A stretch of DNA of 64,000 nt from Pecten maximus. Its lineage: Eukaryota. A program made the translations under genes and the position numbers. The notes beneath the pieces are model-generated. The model saw only the letters and a list, made by a program, of their open reading frames with translations. It was not told the DNA's origin and did not search any database. The stretch's first letter is position 1, and every line of letters starts with the position of its first letter. The stretch lies in the NCBI RefSeq assembly GCF_902652985.1, contig NC_047029.1, forward strand, positions 22,630,001 through 22,694,000, in the 5' to 3' direction. This document shows, piece after piece, positions 14,089 through 27,700 of the stretch.

Positions 14089-14731
14089 GGCCTTCTGATA
14101 TTGACTCGCCCCCTCCCTGTACTGAGGGACAGCATCTCACCTCTGTTGACTGATGTGGCAAAGATTGTCAGCAACACTCTCTACGTTCATATACAGCCCA
14201 ACACACCTCGCGACAATAAGGTGTTTGCAGTTTCACAAACTCCGTATACCCACGAACTTAGGACATTGATCACTCAGTTGTATACCTCTAGTGCTTCTGT
14301 CTGCAATCATCTGGATGTCAACATCTTGTTAGGTCATATTTCCAACAAGAGTTATTTCCCTTGGGATGTCAGTTATAGGATAAAACCTGGCTGTGATGTT
14401 ATCCTGTTTGATGATGACTACTGGCTTAATGGCAAAGAGGACACAGCCAGGACCAGTTTACTGGACCACATTTCCAAAAAATTCCAGCCTGATTGTCACC
14501 GAATGCCTTCTATCGATGTAGTCAATATATGTGAAAGAAAAAGTGAAGAATTATCGTCCCAAACAAATGGTCAGAGTGAGACGTCGTCCCTTATTTCCAG
14601 TTTTGCTAACACAGTTCTGGGTGGTACATTTGATCACATACACGCTGGTCACAAGATCCTACTTGGTGAGGGATGTTTGCTTGCAGACAAACAGTTAACT
14701 GTTGGGGTCACCAATGGAGATATGAATAACA
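14077..14731 (+). CDS. COASY: COASY coding exon 1 (exon starts at 14040)
   Basis: Acceptor tttcag|14040; ATG at 14077; GGTFDHIHAGH; donor A|gtaagt. Confidence 0.92.
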
Positions 14732-17700
14732 GTAAGTCAATGTTATTAAAATTGTATGGTTCACAATTGATAGGAAGATCTTCAGTCTGTGTCAGAGTCT
14801 CCTTTGTGTGGTGAGCGTGAATAACCATTGGTAACATCATGGTTAAGTTAGAAATCAAAACACACTGTTTCTAATTTAAAAACGATAAAGCATGAACTAC
14901 AAATACATTTTGTTGCTTTATAGAAAAGATGTACCGGTATCCTGATTCTGAAGTTGATATTGAAGTTTGAAATGCTATGTACTTAAAAAATATTTTTTTT
15001 ACTGAGGAATAATCAAAGACTTTTTGTCTCACTATCAAACCACCACTAATCCGGTTGTCCTACTAACAATCACCACTAATCCTGTTGTCCTACTAAACAC
15101 TGACAACCATCAATAATCCTGTTGTCCCACTAAACACTAACAACCACCACTAATCCTGTTGTCCCACTAAACACTGATAACCATCAATAATCCTGTTGTC
15201 CCACTAAACACTAACAACCACTAATCCTGTTGTCCCAGTAAACACTGATAACCATCAATAATCCTGTTGTCCCACTAAACACTAACAACCACTAATTCAG
15301 TTCACAGTCACTACTAATCTTGTTTTCCCACTACATACTAGGATTGACATCAGATGAATCTATTAATATGCTATTTTTTAATTCCAGAAAAGACTCTGTC
15401 GGAGCTGATTCAGCCAGTGCAGTCAAGACTGGAGTCTGTTAAATCTTTTATACAGAATGTTCGCCCAAACATCAGTTCAAATGTGGTTCCTATCTACGAC
15501 GCGTTTGGTCCGACAATCACAAACAATGATCTACAGTGTATCATCCTCAGTCAGGAAACCAGGAAAGGGGGACAGATGGTCAATGATGAACGTCAAAAAA
15601 AGGTAAGGAGGACAAATGGTCAATGATGAACGCCAAAAAAGGGTAAGAAAGGGGGACAGATGGTCAATGATGAATGAATGCCAAAAAAAAGGTAAGAAAT
15701 GGGGACAAATGGTCAATGATGAACGCCAAAAAAAGGTAAGAAAGGGGGACAGATGGTCAATGATGAACGCCAAAAAAAGGTAAGAAATGGGGGCAAATGG
15801 TCAATGATGAACGCCAAAAAAAGGTAAGAAAGGGGGACAGATGGTCAATGATGAATGAATGCCAAAAAAAAGGTAAAAAATGGGGACAAATGGTCAATGA
15901 AGAACGCCAAAAAAAGGTAAAAAATGGGGACAAATGGTCAATGATGAACGCCAAAAAAAGGTAATAAAGGGGGACAGATGGTCAATGATGAACGCCAAAA
16001 AAAGGTAAGAAAGGGGGACAGATGGTCAATGATGAATGAATGCCAAAAAAAAGGTAAAAAATGGGGACAAATGGTCAATGATGAACGCCAAAAAAAGGTA
16101 AAAAATGGGGACAAATGGTCAATGATGAACGCCAAAAAAAGGTAAGAAAGGGGGACAGATGGTCAATGATGAACGCCAAAAAAAGGTAAGAAATGGGGAC
16201 AAATGGTCAATGATGAACGCCAAAAAAGGTAATAAAGGGGGACAGATGGTCAATGATGAACGCCAAAAAAAGGTAATAAAGGAGGACAGATGGTCAATGA
16301 TGAACGCCAAAAAAGGTAATAAAGGGGGACAGATGGTCAATGATGAATGCCAAAAAAAGGTAAGGAGAACAAATGGTCAATGATGAACGCCAAAAAAAGT
16401 TAATAAAGGGGGACAGATGGTCAATTATGAATGCCAAAAAAAGGTAAGAAATGGGGACAGATGGTCAATGATGAATGCCAAAAAAAGGTAATAAAGGGGG
16501 ACAGATGGTCAATGATGAATGAATGCCAAAAAAAGGTAATAAAGGGGGACAGATGGTCAATGATGAACGCCAAAAAAAGGTAATAAAGGGGGACAGATGG
16601 TCAATGATGAATGCCAAAAAAAGGTAATAAAGGGGGACAGATAGTCAACGATGAACGCCAAAAAATTAAGAAGGGGGGGATAGATGGTCAATGATGAACG
16701 CCAAAAAGTTAAGAAGGGGGGATAGATGGTCAATGATGAACGCCAAAAAAGATTCGAAGGGGGGACAGATGGTCAATGATGGCCATTAAAGTTAGAAAGG
16801 GAGGAGGGGGCAGATATTAACAATTAACAATTAATGCTGAAACAAGGTTTTTGAGTAATCTCAATTACAGTTCAAATTATCATACTGTGTCACTTTCAAA
16901 GTTGTCTTTATGCATTTGTCACGAGCTAAGAGCAAGTTGAGGCGTTGTACTCAAGTAAGATGTCTGATATCCTTCATAGCTCTAATTGTATACAATTTTG
17001 AATGCTGTACATTGATGTTTAATGAATCATTTAACTTCAAACATCACAGTAATCATATTGTAGAAAATATTGACAAAAATATTAGACAATTGATTATATA
17101 TCAACATTTTCATTGGTAGGGTTTTCCACTCATGGAAGAATTTGTCATAGAGCTTGTGGAAGATCAACATCATAGTGAATATGAAGAAAACAAAATCAGC
17201 TCGTCATCTTTCCGCAAACGATTGCTGGGGACTGTAATAAACACTCCACAGGTAGGTCATATTGGAGAAGGTATGTTACACTAGCACTGGAATCTACACC
17301 TTTAATCTTTTATACAGTTGTGACTTAGGTATATATACCCCCATTAAGGTGGTCACACACACTTCAACCAAAATTTTGATATCATTTAATTTTCTTTAGA
17401 TTTTGTCAACTTAAATAAGTGTATACTCACCACTCACTAGCGATTTTGTTTTAAGTTTTGACCACCAATTATGGAGATATTGTTTCTCAAATCAACACTC
17501 CTTGGCATAAAAAAAAAAATCTTCAAAATGATAAGTTATATATTGAAAAAAATTTCCTCTGAATCAAAATATGTTTTATATATCACTATACTTTTCTTTT
17601 AAATGAGAGGTTGGGACTTATTTTAGTTCATATAGCTCTTTTCTCCAAAGTAAAGATGTTATTTATCTCCCACCGATTGGTCTCTGTGTCCATCCGTTTG

Positions 17701-20700
17701 TCTATCTATCTGATTAGGGTAGCATTTTAGTTGGTTAGAACAGTGGTCAAGCAGACTGAAGTTCCTAAATAACTGTTAATTTCTAACTTTTTGATAATTA
17801 AAATTTTTATTATTTTTTGATCAACTTTCTTGAAAATAATTCTGATGAAGTTTCGTTAGTGTGCACAGTAACTTAAATAGCTATAGGGGTATTGTACATA
17901 TCTATGGTATTTAAGGTAGCATTGCTTTGAGGTGAGGGTCACCTTTATGAATAGAAACTAAATTTTACAGAAAAGAGATTTCAATTTTGATGTGAGGTAT
18001 AGTATTTTGAGGGAGAACCTTGTCATCAAGTAGGAGGTGTGGTGTAGTTTGAGTGAGAGCCTTGTTAAGTAGGAGGTGTGGTGTTGTTTGAGCGAGACCT
18101 TTGTTAAGTAGGAGGTGTGGTGTTGTTTGAGCGAGACCTTTGTTAAGTAGGAGTTGTGGTGTTGTTTGAGCGAGACCCTTGTTAAGTAGGAGTTGTGGTG
18201 TTGTTTGAGCGAGACCCTTGTTAAGTAGGAGGTGTGGTGTTGTTTGAGCGAGACCCTTGTTAAGTAGGAGTTGTGGTGTTGTTTGAGCGAGACCCTTGTT
18301 AAGTAGGAGTTGTGGTGTTGTTTGAGCGAGACCCTTGTTAAGTAGGAGTTGTGGTGTTGTTTGAGCGAGACCCTTGTTAAGTAGGAGGTGTGGTATTGTT
18401 TGAGCGAGACCCTTGTCAAGTAGCAGGTTTGGGGTGGTAAACCTTGCTCAGTTTGGTATTTGTAGACCAATGTCTGACTGTCTTTGATTACAGTGTAACT
18501 CACTGGTACTGTATTATATTTGTAGAAGAAAGAAGGATTGATGTCAGTACCCTTTGTAATAGGACTGACTGGAGGTATAGCTAGTGGAAAGTCAGCTGTG
18601 TGTAAACGACTGGAAGGACTGGGAGCTGTCAGTATCGACTGTGATAAACTAGGTAAGTCATCTATTGCTATTACCCTCAGTAAAATTTAAATTATTCTCT
18701 CATTGATTTCCATCCTCAATGCTGCAGGGGTTCACTTTTGCTCTCAGCACCTCTGTAAAATGTTGAGGCAAAATCAAAAGTTTGAATACCGCCATCACAC
18801 AGATAAATAAACAGACTAGCTTGATCCATTAATGTACATAGAGAGGTGTACTTTTTATGTACAGTACCGGTATATATATATAAATATCACTGTATCAAAG
18901 GTGTACAGGGCATGATAATTAATGTGTATTACATCATTAATACTAATATTCCATAAAAAAATTTGATGTTTATCCAGGCCACCAGGTGTACAAAAATGGC
19001 CTACCGTGTTACGACAGACTGGTCGAGGAGTTTGGGTCATCCATAGTTGGTGAGGACAAGGAAATCAATCGGCCAGCACTGGGTCGTATTGTATTTAGTG
19101 ACCCAGTAAGTATTGGAAGTTTGAAATTACCAAAATCATTATGTAACTTTCCATCAAAATTTGTCACTAAGGAACTGTTTTTAAGAATTCAATAAGTACA
19201 CAGTTTTATGTACTGGTACTAAATGTTGTTATTTGCGTGGGGGTTAAATTTCTTGTGAAGGTTCCACGAAATTTAGTATCAATCTGATTAGACCTGACAT
19301 CACAAATGTCTGTCTTAAAAGTCATTATGGAATTAATTTCTCTCCTTGTAGGAAAAGCTGAAGATGTTGAATTCAATTGTCTGGCCAGCAATTTCTAAGC
19401 TAGCAGAGGAGAAGATACAGCAATTCAGGCTTGGTATGTCTTAACTAACCTCTCTGTAACAACCACTATCACTATACATAATAACCTCTCTATAACAACC
19501 AGAAATGACCTCTCTATAACAACCACTACCACTATAACAATTATAATGACCTCTCTATAACAACCACTACCACTATAACAATTATAATGACCTTTCTATA
19601 ACAACCACTATCACTATATCAAATTTAGCACTCCTGCCTGACAACCTGGGTTTTCTCTGGTGGCTCCAGTTTTTCCCCACAGTAAAACCCCTCACTTGCT
19701 TCCATCTGGGCAAACAAGAGTGATTATTTGAGTTGTTATAGCTTATTTCGCATTATTGTAAAATAAATTTAGTTAACATTTTACAGGAAAATAAATAGTT
19801 AATTTCAGTGATAAAATGTGGTGCCTTGCAAAATGATGTTTATCGTGTTCAAATAATTTTGGCCATGACTAAATTTGAACATTCTCTGTTTTTGAGTCCA
19901 CTTGGATAAACAATGCTTCAGAAGATTTAGTCCAGATAACATGTAATCAACCCATTCATGTACGAATAAAGTGTTTTGTAAGGAAATGCTGGCAAAAGAT
20001 GGAAGGATGACGGATGCCATTAGGAGATTGTTATAAATGACAATATCATTGACTGTATTGTATCTTTCAGACGGAAGACAAGTGGTGGTTTTAGAAGCTG
20101 CCCTTCTTTTAGATGCTGGCTGGGACAGTCTTGTGCATGAAGTATGGACGTTAATCATTCCAAGGCAGGAGGTAGGTCTGTGTATAGAATGAATGAAACA
20201 ACAGGGTACTGTCACACTACAAGGCTGTCTGTCACAGAAAGGCTCCGACTCTGTGACTTAAAAACCCTGGATCACTTCAAATGAATGTAGCACTAGGCTT
20301 AAAATTTGTTATCACAATTCCTCTGAAAGTATGCTCAAGGGTGGACAAGTTACTCATAGTTCGTAGAAGTGCAACAGCACTCTCGTTTGCTAAGAACAGG
20401 AATTTAAACTTCAGGATCAAAGTTTGTTTGATAAGGTCTTATTTAATACATCTGTATCTTCTTTATGGAAACATTTCATAAGATCAGTATGAAAAAGTAC
20501 TCAAATCAGTGACCCAACTTTTCATTGAACGTGATAGCTCAGTCGTTCAGAACACCTGAAACGTAGCCTCAGGTGAAAATGTTCTCGACACTCACTACCC
20601 ATGGCAGTTTGTGTTTCTCAGAAAGCTGAGAAATGGGCCAATCTGTGCTGTTCAGGTTGTGTTCTTAGGCAAGAACTTTACCCTAATTGCTCATTGGATG

Positions 20701-21206
20701 ACATTTAATGAGCTTCCCATATATTGTTCACTGAGGTAGTCACTAACTACTACAAGGAGGCCCAACCTCAAAATGACCCAGGCTGTTTACGGGGAGATAA
20801 ACCCAGCAAATTAAAAAAACTTTCTATTGATGTAGCTCAAAAGTTTTCTTGGAAATTATTTTTTACATTCCTTCCAGAAAACCATCTAATTGTAATAAAA
20901 CAGCCATTTTAATAACAAAAACAAATGATCCTTCACATGGTGTTTTAGTTGATACATTTGAAGGAACAACATAATAGTTCATTAAACTTTTTCAACTTTC
21001 AGGCAATCAAAAGAATGGTGGAGAGAAACAAGTTTTCAGAAGAAGAGGCTTGTAAGAGATTGGACAGCCAAATGACCAATCAGGAACGAGTTAACAGATC
21101 ACATGTAGTGTTGTGTACCCAATGGGAGTATGAGTACACTCAAAAACAAGTGGAGAAAGCATGGTCACTGCTGAGTGATCGGCGAACAGTTCAAAACAAA
21201 CTTTGA
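14077..21206 (+). CDS. COASY: Bifunctional coenzyme A synthase (PPAT + dephospho-CoA kinase), join(14077..14731,15388..15602,17120..17251,18526..18652,18978..19105,19352..19433,20071..20171,21003..21206), about 547 aa
   Basis: N-terminus MFSTGLLILT; PPAT motif VLGGTFDHIHAGHKILL (HxGH); PIYDAFGPT; KISSSSFR; DPCK Walker A GLTGGIASGKS; IDCDKLGH; EAALLLDAGW. All introns are GT-AG and phases are consistent. Confidence 0.95.
15040..15335. repeat. About 32-35-bp minisatellite
   Basis: aatcctgttgtcccactaaacactRaYaacca. Confidence 0.9.
15388..15602 (+). CDS. COASY: COASY coding exon 2
   Basis: ttccag|KTLSELIQP...GGQMVNDERQKK|gtaagg. Confidence 0.92.
15564..16780 (+). repeat. 44-bp minisatellite made of the COASY exon end plus splice donor, about 27 copies
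   Basis: Unit aaagggggacagatggtcaatgatgaacgccaaaaaaag|gtaag; 181-bp higher-order repeat. Confidence 0.95.
17120..17251 (+). CDS. COASY: COASY coding exon 3
   Basis: GFPLMEEFVIELVEDQHHSEYEENKISSSSFRKRLLGTVINTPQ|gtaggt. Confidence 0.92.
18020..18425. repeat. 39-bp minisatellite, about 10 copies
   Basis: gttaagtaggagKtgtggtgttgtttgagcgagaccctt. Confidence 0.95.
18526..18652 (+). CDS. COASY: COASY coding exon 4 (DPCK P-loop)
   Basis: PFVIGLTGGIASGKSAVCKRLEGLGAVSIDCDKL|gtaagt. Confidence 0.93.
18978..19105 (+). CDS. COASY: COASY coding exon 5
   Basis: HQVYKNGLPCYDRLVEEFGSSIVGEDKEINRPALGRIVFSDP|gtaagt. Confidence 0.92.
19352..19433 (+). CDS. COASY: COASY coding exon 6
   Basis: EKLKMLNSIVWPAISKLAEEKIQQFRL|gtatgt. 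Confidence 0.9.
19445..19620. repeat. About 41-bp degenerate tandem repeat
   Basis: acctctctataacaaccactaccactataacaattataatg. Confidence 0.8.
20071..20171 (+). CDS. COASY: COASY coding exon 7
   Basis: GRQVVVLEAALLLDAGWDSLVHEVWTLIIPRQE|gtaggt. Confidence 0.92.
21003..21206 (+). CDS. COASY: COASY last coding exon
   Basis: AIKRMVERNKFSEEEACKRLDSQM...QVEKAW...NKL*. AATAAA signals downstream at about 21391, 21622 and 21664. Confidence 0.92.
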   Translation, partial: AIKRMVERNKFSEEEACKRLDSQMTNQERVNRSHVVLCTQWEYEYTQKQVEKAWSLLSDRRTVQNKL

Positions 21207-21756
21207 CGACAAATACTTCTGAGCAATCAACAGGCTATTAACAACGAACTTTGACTATAAAAACTTCTGAGCAATCAATAAACCGTTCAAAGAAACTTTG
21301 AACTAAAATTAATTTAAACATTCAATGGACTGTTCACATGTTTTTGATTACCGGTACCAAAATCCTCTGAGCGATCTATGTACCATTTAGAATAAAGAAA
21401 CAGGTTTCTAACACATCTGCAGAGGAACTACATGTATATATATATTTCATACTTATTTTCATGCAAATTGAAGACGCAATAGAGAGTTGTCCCCTTACAT
21501 CCTGATTGCTGATATTCGATGTATGCAGATTTATATTTAACTAAAGATCTCATGTTAGATTAAATATATATTTATACAGTTATATCAATCTTGTTTTACC
21601 TGGTATTTTAAAAGAAATTTTAATAAAAAATGATAAGAAATATGTTTATTTAGTAATATATACAATAAATACAATGAAATTGGCCAAGACTTGCATAGCT
21701 ACACTCCTGTTCCCTCATTAGTCAATAATCCATGGTTACTTGTACCATTCAGGGTA

Positions 21757-21975
21757 GGGGGCCGCGGTGGCAGAGTGGTTAAGGTGTCCCGACACTTTAA
21801 CACTAGCCCTCCACCTCTGGGTTGCGAGTTCGAAACCTACGTTGGGCAGTTGCGAGGTACTGACCGTAGGCCGGTGGTTTTTCTCCGGGTACTCCGGCTT
21901 TCCTCCACCTCCAAAACCTGGCACGTCCTTAAATGACCCTGGCTGTTAATAGGACGTTAAACAAAAACAAACCAA
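21757..21975 (+). mobile_element. tRNA-derived SINE with V-domain-like core
   Basis: A box TGGCAGAGTGG, B box GAGTTCGAAAC, core GGTTTTTCTCCGGGTACTCCGGCTTTCCTCC, (AAAC)n-type tail. 12-bp TSD with one mismatch: accattcagggt (21744) and accattcggggt (21976). Confidence 0.85.
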
Positions 21976-23550
21976 ACCATTCGGGGTTAAAAGGGGTCCA
22001 GTGTAAATTTAACTGATGACAATCAAAATCTAATTGGTGTACAACTTAGTTATAATACTACAGTGTGAATATTAACTAAATCTGTTAACTTCCTATTTCA
22101 AGTGATCTGGTGGGACCTTTGACCTTCTTACCTTGCCATTCATGATAAGTGTGTGCCTTTTACACTAGAACTGTCATCAGGATGGCTGAGTAATACCCCC
22201 ACTCCTTAATCCACCCCAATTCACACTCCACCCAAACACTTGTTGATTAAGGTCAGAACTGTCACGGGATGGCCGACTATGCTCCACAATCCAACTATAT
22301 ACACACTGGGCCAAAAACACTAGTTAATTAAGGCTAGAAATGTCATCAGAATGGCTGACACAAATTAAAACAAAACATTTGCAAAGATGTAGGAAGTACA
22401 ATATTTCCTGTGGTCAGATGGGCTGATTCCTGTACACCCGCCTTTGAAGCACTATAAAATAAGACAAATACAGGTGAACTTGATCCATAGTGTCAGTCAC
22501 TGAACTACTGTAATACAGTACATGATTGACATTTGACTTTTGGTCACATAACACCCCAAATTTTGTTGCTGTGTACCTTTCATCAATGGTTACAATACCT
22601 GCCATTTCCAAGATAATTAGACATTTCAGTACTGTAATGTATCCGTAATCTTTTACCTTAATCTTATGATTTCAGAAGTTTCTCAAAGTGTAGCTTACAC
22701 CAATACCTACAGTAGTTACCTCCTAAGGTATCATATTATGCAATATACCTACCGTTTCTGATCTAATCGGCCATTTCAGAAGTGTGATGCAGCTGTGAAC
22801 TTTGACCTGATGACCTGGGAGGTTCGTTTCCTGTACCTTGCGTAAATGCCTATATTTCTTAAATGCATGAGGATGTTTCACTTAGTGGCATCTAGGGCCA
22901 GAATTGTGCCTTCAGACATACGGACACATGCATGCAGACTTGTGGGGTGCAATCTTTCGTTTGTCAATTTGTGGGGTACACCTCGTAAGTTGATTCACAT
23001 TTCATAATCTGTTTCTATGTCCATTCATTCCGTCGCTAAAAAAGCACATGCGCAGTGAGATTTAATACTGAGTTATGGGAAACAAAGGAAATTACTTATA
23101 TAGATATATTGATGCAATGAATCGGTTAATGCACCTCACAACTACCAATTCTGGTAACCCTTCCACCCAACATTGTTGCAGGAGGTATCATAATAGGAAG
23201 ATGTCAGTAAATAGGAGAAAGTTTAGAGTGGAAGAACAACAGGTCCATAAACACAATTAGCTTTTTAAAAGTAGGTCAAAGGTCACAGTCAAGGTTAGCA
23301 GACCCACAAATGTAATTCCCATGGAAAGGTCTTGTCACAAGGAACACACTTGTCGAATACCTAAGCTGTATCCTAAATGGTATTGACACAACAGTTTTAT
23401 AAAACCTTAACCTAGCTGTCGAAGGCGGTGCTGATGCTAATGGCGAGGCAGGGGGTATAGCAATAGCTCTGCTGGAATTCGTCTGGCAACCTAATAAAAT
23501 TTATAGTTTTCTGAAAATTCATTAGGACTCGAATTCTTCAGGCATTTGTA

Positions 23551-23706
23551 TGTAACAGAGCACATGGTTGATTAAATTTAAATCACTGTCTCTGCGAGGG
23601 ATCTAACCCATGACCTCTGGTTTATTAGTCTTATGCTCAACCGGTCAAACTAAAGAGAAGATCTCTCTAGCTTAGCAGTATATTGCAACTACTTTTTACC
23701 ATAACA
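23551..23706 (-). mobile_element. Diverged solo LTR of the 43092 family
   Basis: Colinear similarity to the 159-bp LTR (tgtaacagagc...gacctctgg...ctaaagagaagatctctctag). Confidence 0.8.
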
Positions 23707-23771
23707 TATAGAATGTTATGTCTTGTAGATACCAAGTAGGTTATTTCTACCTTATGACTTCCAAGCATAAA

Positions 23772-25768
23772 ACAGTAACACCAGGTCTTCAGTCAGAATT
23801 ACACATGTGTACAGTAACACCAGATCTTCAGTCAGAATTACACACATGTACAGTAACACCAGATCTTCAGTCAGAATTACACACATGTATACAGTAACAC
23901 CAGATCTTCAGTCAGAATTACACATGTGTACAGTAACACCAGATCTTCAGTCAGAATTACACATGTATACAGTAACACCAGATCTTCAGTCAGAATTACA
24001 CACATGTATACAGTAACACCAGATCTTCAGTCAGAATTACACACATGTGTAGAGTAACACCAGATCTTCAGTCAGAATTACACATGTACAGTAACACCAG
24101 ATCTTCAGTCAGAATTACACACATGTATACAGTAACACCAGATCTTCAGTCAGAATTACACACATGTGTACAGTAACACCAGATCTTCAGTCAGAATTAC
24201 ACATGTATACAGTAACACCAGATCTTCAGTCAGAATTACACATGTACAGTAACACCAGATCTTCAGTCAGAATTACACACATGTACAGTAACACCAGATC
24301 TTCAGTCAGAATTACACACAATATTGTACAGTAACACCAGATCTTCAGTCAGAATTACACACGTGTATACAGTAACACCAGATCTTCGGTCAGAATTACA
24401 CACATGTATACAGTAACAACAGATATTCAGTCAGAATTACACACATGTGAACAGTAACACCAGATCTTCAGTCAGAATTACACACATGTATACAGTAACA
24501 CCAGATCTTCAGTCAGAATTACACATGTACAGTAACACCAGATCTTCAGTCAAAATTACACATGTGTACAGTAACACCAGATCTTCAGTCAGAATTACAC
24601 ACATGTACAGTAACACCAGATCTTCAGTCAGAATTACACACATGTATACAGTAACACCAGATCTGCAGTCAGAATTACACACATGTGTAGAGTAACACCA
24701 GATCTTCAGTCAGAATTACACATGTGTACAGTAACACCAGATCTTCAGTCAGAATTACACATGTGTACAGTAACACCAGATCTTCAGTCAGAATTACACA
24801 CATGTATAGTAACACCAGATCTTCAGTCAGAATTACACATGTGTACAGTAACACCAGATCTTCAGTCAGAATTACACACATGTATAGTAACACCAGATCT
24901 TCAGTCAGAATTACACATGTGTACAGTAACACCAGATCTTCAGTCAGAATAACACATGTGTACAGTAACACCAGATCTTCAGTCAGAATTACACACATGT
25001 ATACAGTAACACCAGATCTTCAGTCAGAATTACACATGTATACAGTAACACCAGATCTTCAGTCAGAATTACACACATGAACAGTAACACCAGATCTTCA
25101 GTCAGAATTACACATGTATACAGTAATACCAGATCTTCAGTCAGAATTACACACATGTACAGTAACACCAGATCTTCAGTCAGAATTACACACGTGTATA
25201 CAGTAACACCAGATCTTCAGTCAGAATTACACACATGTATACAGTAACACCAGATCTTCAGTCAGAATTACACACGTGTATACAGTAACACCAGATCTTC
25301 AGTCAGAATAACATACGTGTATACAGTAATACCAGATCTTCAGTCAGAATTACACACATGTATACAGTAACACCAGATCTTCAGTCAGAATTACACACAT
25401 GTGTACAGTAACACCAGATCTTCAGTCAGAATTACACACATGTGTAGAGTAACACCAGATCTTCAGTCAGAATTACACATGTATACAGTAACACCAGATC
25501 TTCAGTCAGAATTACACACGTGTACAGTAACACCAGATCTTCAGTCAGAATTACACACGTGTATACAGTAACACCACATCTTCAGTCAGAATTACACATG
25601 TACAGTAACACCAGATCTTCAGTCAGAATTACACACATGTACAGTAACACCAGATCTTCAGTCAGAATAACACACGTGTATACAGTAACACCAGATCTTC
25701 AGTCAGAATTACACATGTATACAGTAACACCAGATCTTCAGTCAGATTTACACCCATGTACAGTAACA
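23772..25768. repeat. 38-42-bp minisatellite, about 49 copies
   Basis: Constant core cagtaacaccagatcttcagtcagaattacac plus variable (ac/at/gt) dinucleotide linker. Confidence 0.97.
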
Positions 25769-26198
25769 AACAAGACAATTTGTGTCAAATCTTTTTATTA
25801 AGATTATTGCATAGAAGTGTTATACTTGGCTAAATAAAACAACAAAAAGCAGTTGAGACTGTTCTTCATAACTTTAACATAACGGTATAATGCCCACGAT
25901 TCATTAATGACAGGAAACAGTAACAACACTCGACAGAAACAAAGATAAAAGTGACAGCATCAGCGATTACAATTATGCATAAACAAACAAACAAACAATT
26001 GTATTTTCAGTTTCATCAAACGAAAGGAGGTAGGTAAAAATTTTGTTCCTTTTTAAAACTACACGTGTGAAATGAAACTGATATGGCTAATAACCCTTTA
26101 CGTCACAACCTTGGTCACGCTTTCGATATATTTCTATACAAGAGCTTTCCTGTAACATTACATACACATATTCATGTCCTGCCCTAAATGGATCGTAA

Positions 26199-26441
26199 TG
26201 TAACTGTGGTCATTGATATTTCAATGCCTCCATTAGGAATCAAACCACAGACTCCTGGATTTACAGTCCAATGTTCTAACGGGATCAAACCGCGGACCTC
26301 TAGCCGACTTTCTAACCCATGTTCTCCAGGAATCGAGCCTAGAACCTTGGGTTCTTTAATCCAACAATCTACCTATTGCTATAAACAGATGATCTCACTA
26401 TCCAAGTTGTTAGGATCAGCTCGTAGTTAGCCAGGGTGACA
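26199..26441 (-). mobile_element. Old tRNA-LTR remnant with triplicated B-box segment, in the probable UBE3D 3'UTR
   Basis: tgtaac...ccagggtgaca ends; three segments resembling ggRatcRaacc...gacctct. Confidence 0.5.
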
Positions 26442-27664
26442 CAATGTCCACAGAATACCTTAATTAATTATTATCAAATTAATTTCTAACAAGTTAAATT
26501 ATAATAAAATATATATAGATTTGAGAGCCTCAGAGTATTAAAATTCTTAACAGTTTGCAAATACATACATTTACTATCATCCCACAGTACTTTTTCAAGC
26601 AACTGACAAATCGAATAAACTTCAAATTTTGTTACCAGGTTAATACCATAAGCTGATCCAACTGTAAAAGAGTTATCCCCCCTTATTTTCTGACAACTGG
26701 AGTTATTCCCTTTATTATATCTCTTGAATCATCATCAAGTAATTTCAATCTTACAGATATTATCCTGAAAAAAATTAACTTTGAAAATAATTTATTACAT
26801 TTTGATTTGGTGGTTGTTGAATAATTGTTTAACATTTCAATTCCAAACCGTATAATACGTAAATTGTCATAAACTCACCGAACAACTCTTATCTTAACAT
26901 ATTTCAACCCTAATTGATAGAATCATACCTCTCACAGGAGAGGGAAAATGCAAAACCAGACTTGGACTCGAACCCAGGTCCTCTGAATTGTATAATTTTT
27001 CCAGCTGGGGGAATAAAATATTGGTAATATAAAAAAAATATGGAAGCTCTGATTTATCATTTTGTCATTATGTTGAAAATAAGAAACACACTCAAATTAT
27101 TATTAGAGTACAAAAATGTGTACTAACAGTACATATTAATAGAATATGCAATATACAATTAATAAAACAAACAGGTAATTTAGTGAATGACGGTTACATG
27201 TTCTTTATAAAAACTAGAGTCCATATCAGCAGAAAAAACATAGTGATGCATAAGAGGTAAAAAATCATATTTCTTAGGCCTAACTTGGTAGATATGATAA
27301 TAAGAACAACTATCATTAAAAATTATTTGACACAACTTATCAATCTGAGTTTTTTAAACTCAATATAAAATTATTAAATTATGGTTTTTGATTTTTTTTC
27401 CAACCATCACTGTAATGGTGAGGAAATTTGGACAAAAAAATGATTTTTTTGTAATGTCATAATACATTTTACCATGGAATTACACAGTAAAAAAGGCAGT
27501 GCAAAACAATAATGTGCTGATATACATTGTGTGATTGGTTTGCAGAGTAACTCATTGTTTTTCAATCACCATTGGAGTTCATTCTCCTTGTCATTAGCCG
27601 TGCTATTTACAGAGTTATCTCCCTTTATCAACAACAGGGTTATTCCCCTTGGTCACCAACAGCT

Positions 27665-27700
27665 TTACCCTCCTTTGTCTGCATACCTCAAGAAACCAAC
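27665..27700 (-). CDS. UBE3D: UBE3D last coding exon
   Basis: tttcag|VGFLRYADKGG*. The 3'UTR may run to a minus-strand AATAAA near 25795. Confidence 0.82.
   Translation of the reverse strand, partial: VGFLRYADKGG

Noticed and set aside
15531-16383. Several repetitive ORFs
   Set aside because: Products of the 44-bp donor array.
17958-18503. 181-aa minus-strand ORF (LKQHHNSYLTRVS repeats)
   Set aside because: Translation of a 39-bp intronic minisatellite with no splice or codon support.
23772-25768. Constant 32-bp core with variable linkers, superficially CRISPR-like, and repetitive ORFs on both strands
   Set aside because: Linkers are only 6-10 bp of dinucleotide slippage, not unique spacers. 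The context is eukaryotic with no cas genes. The ORFs are by-products of the repeat.
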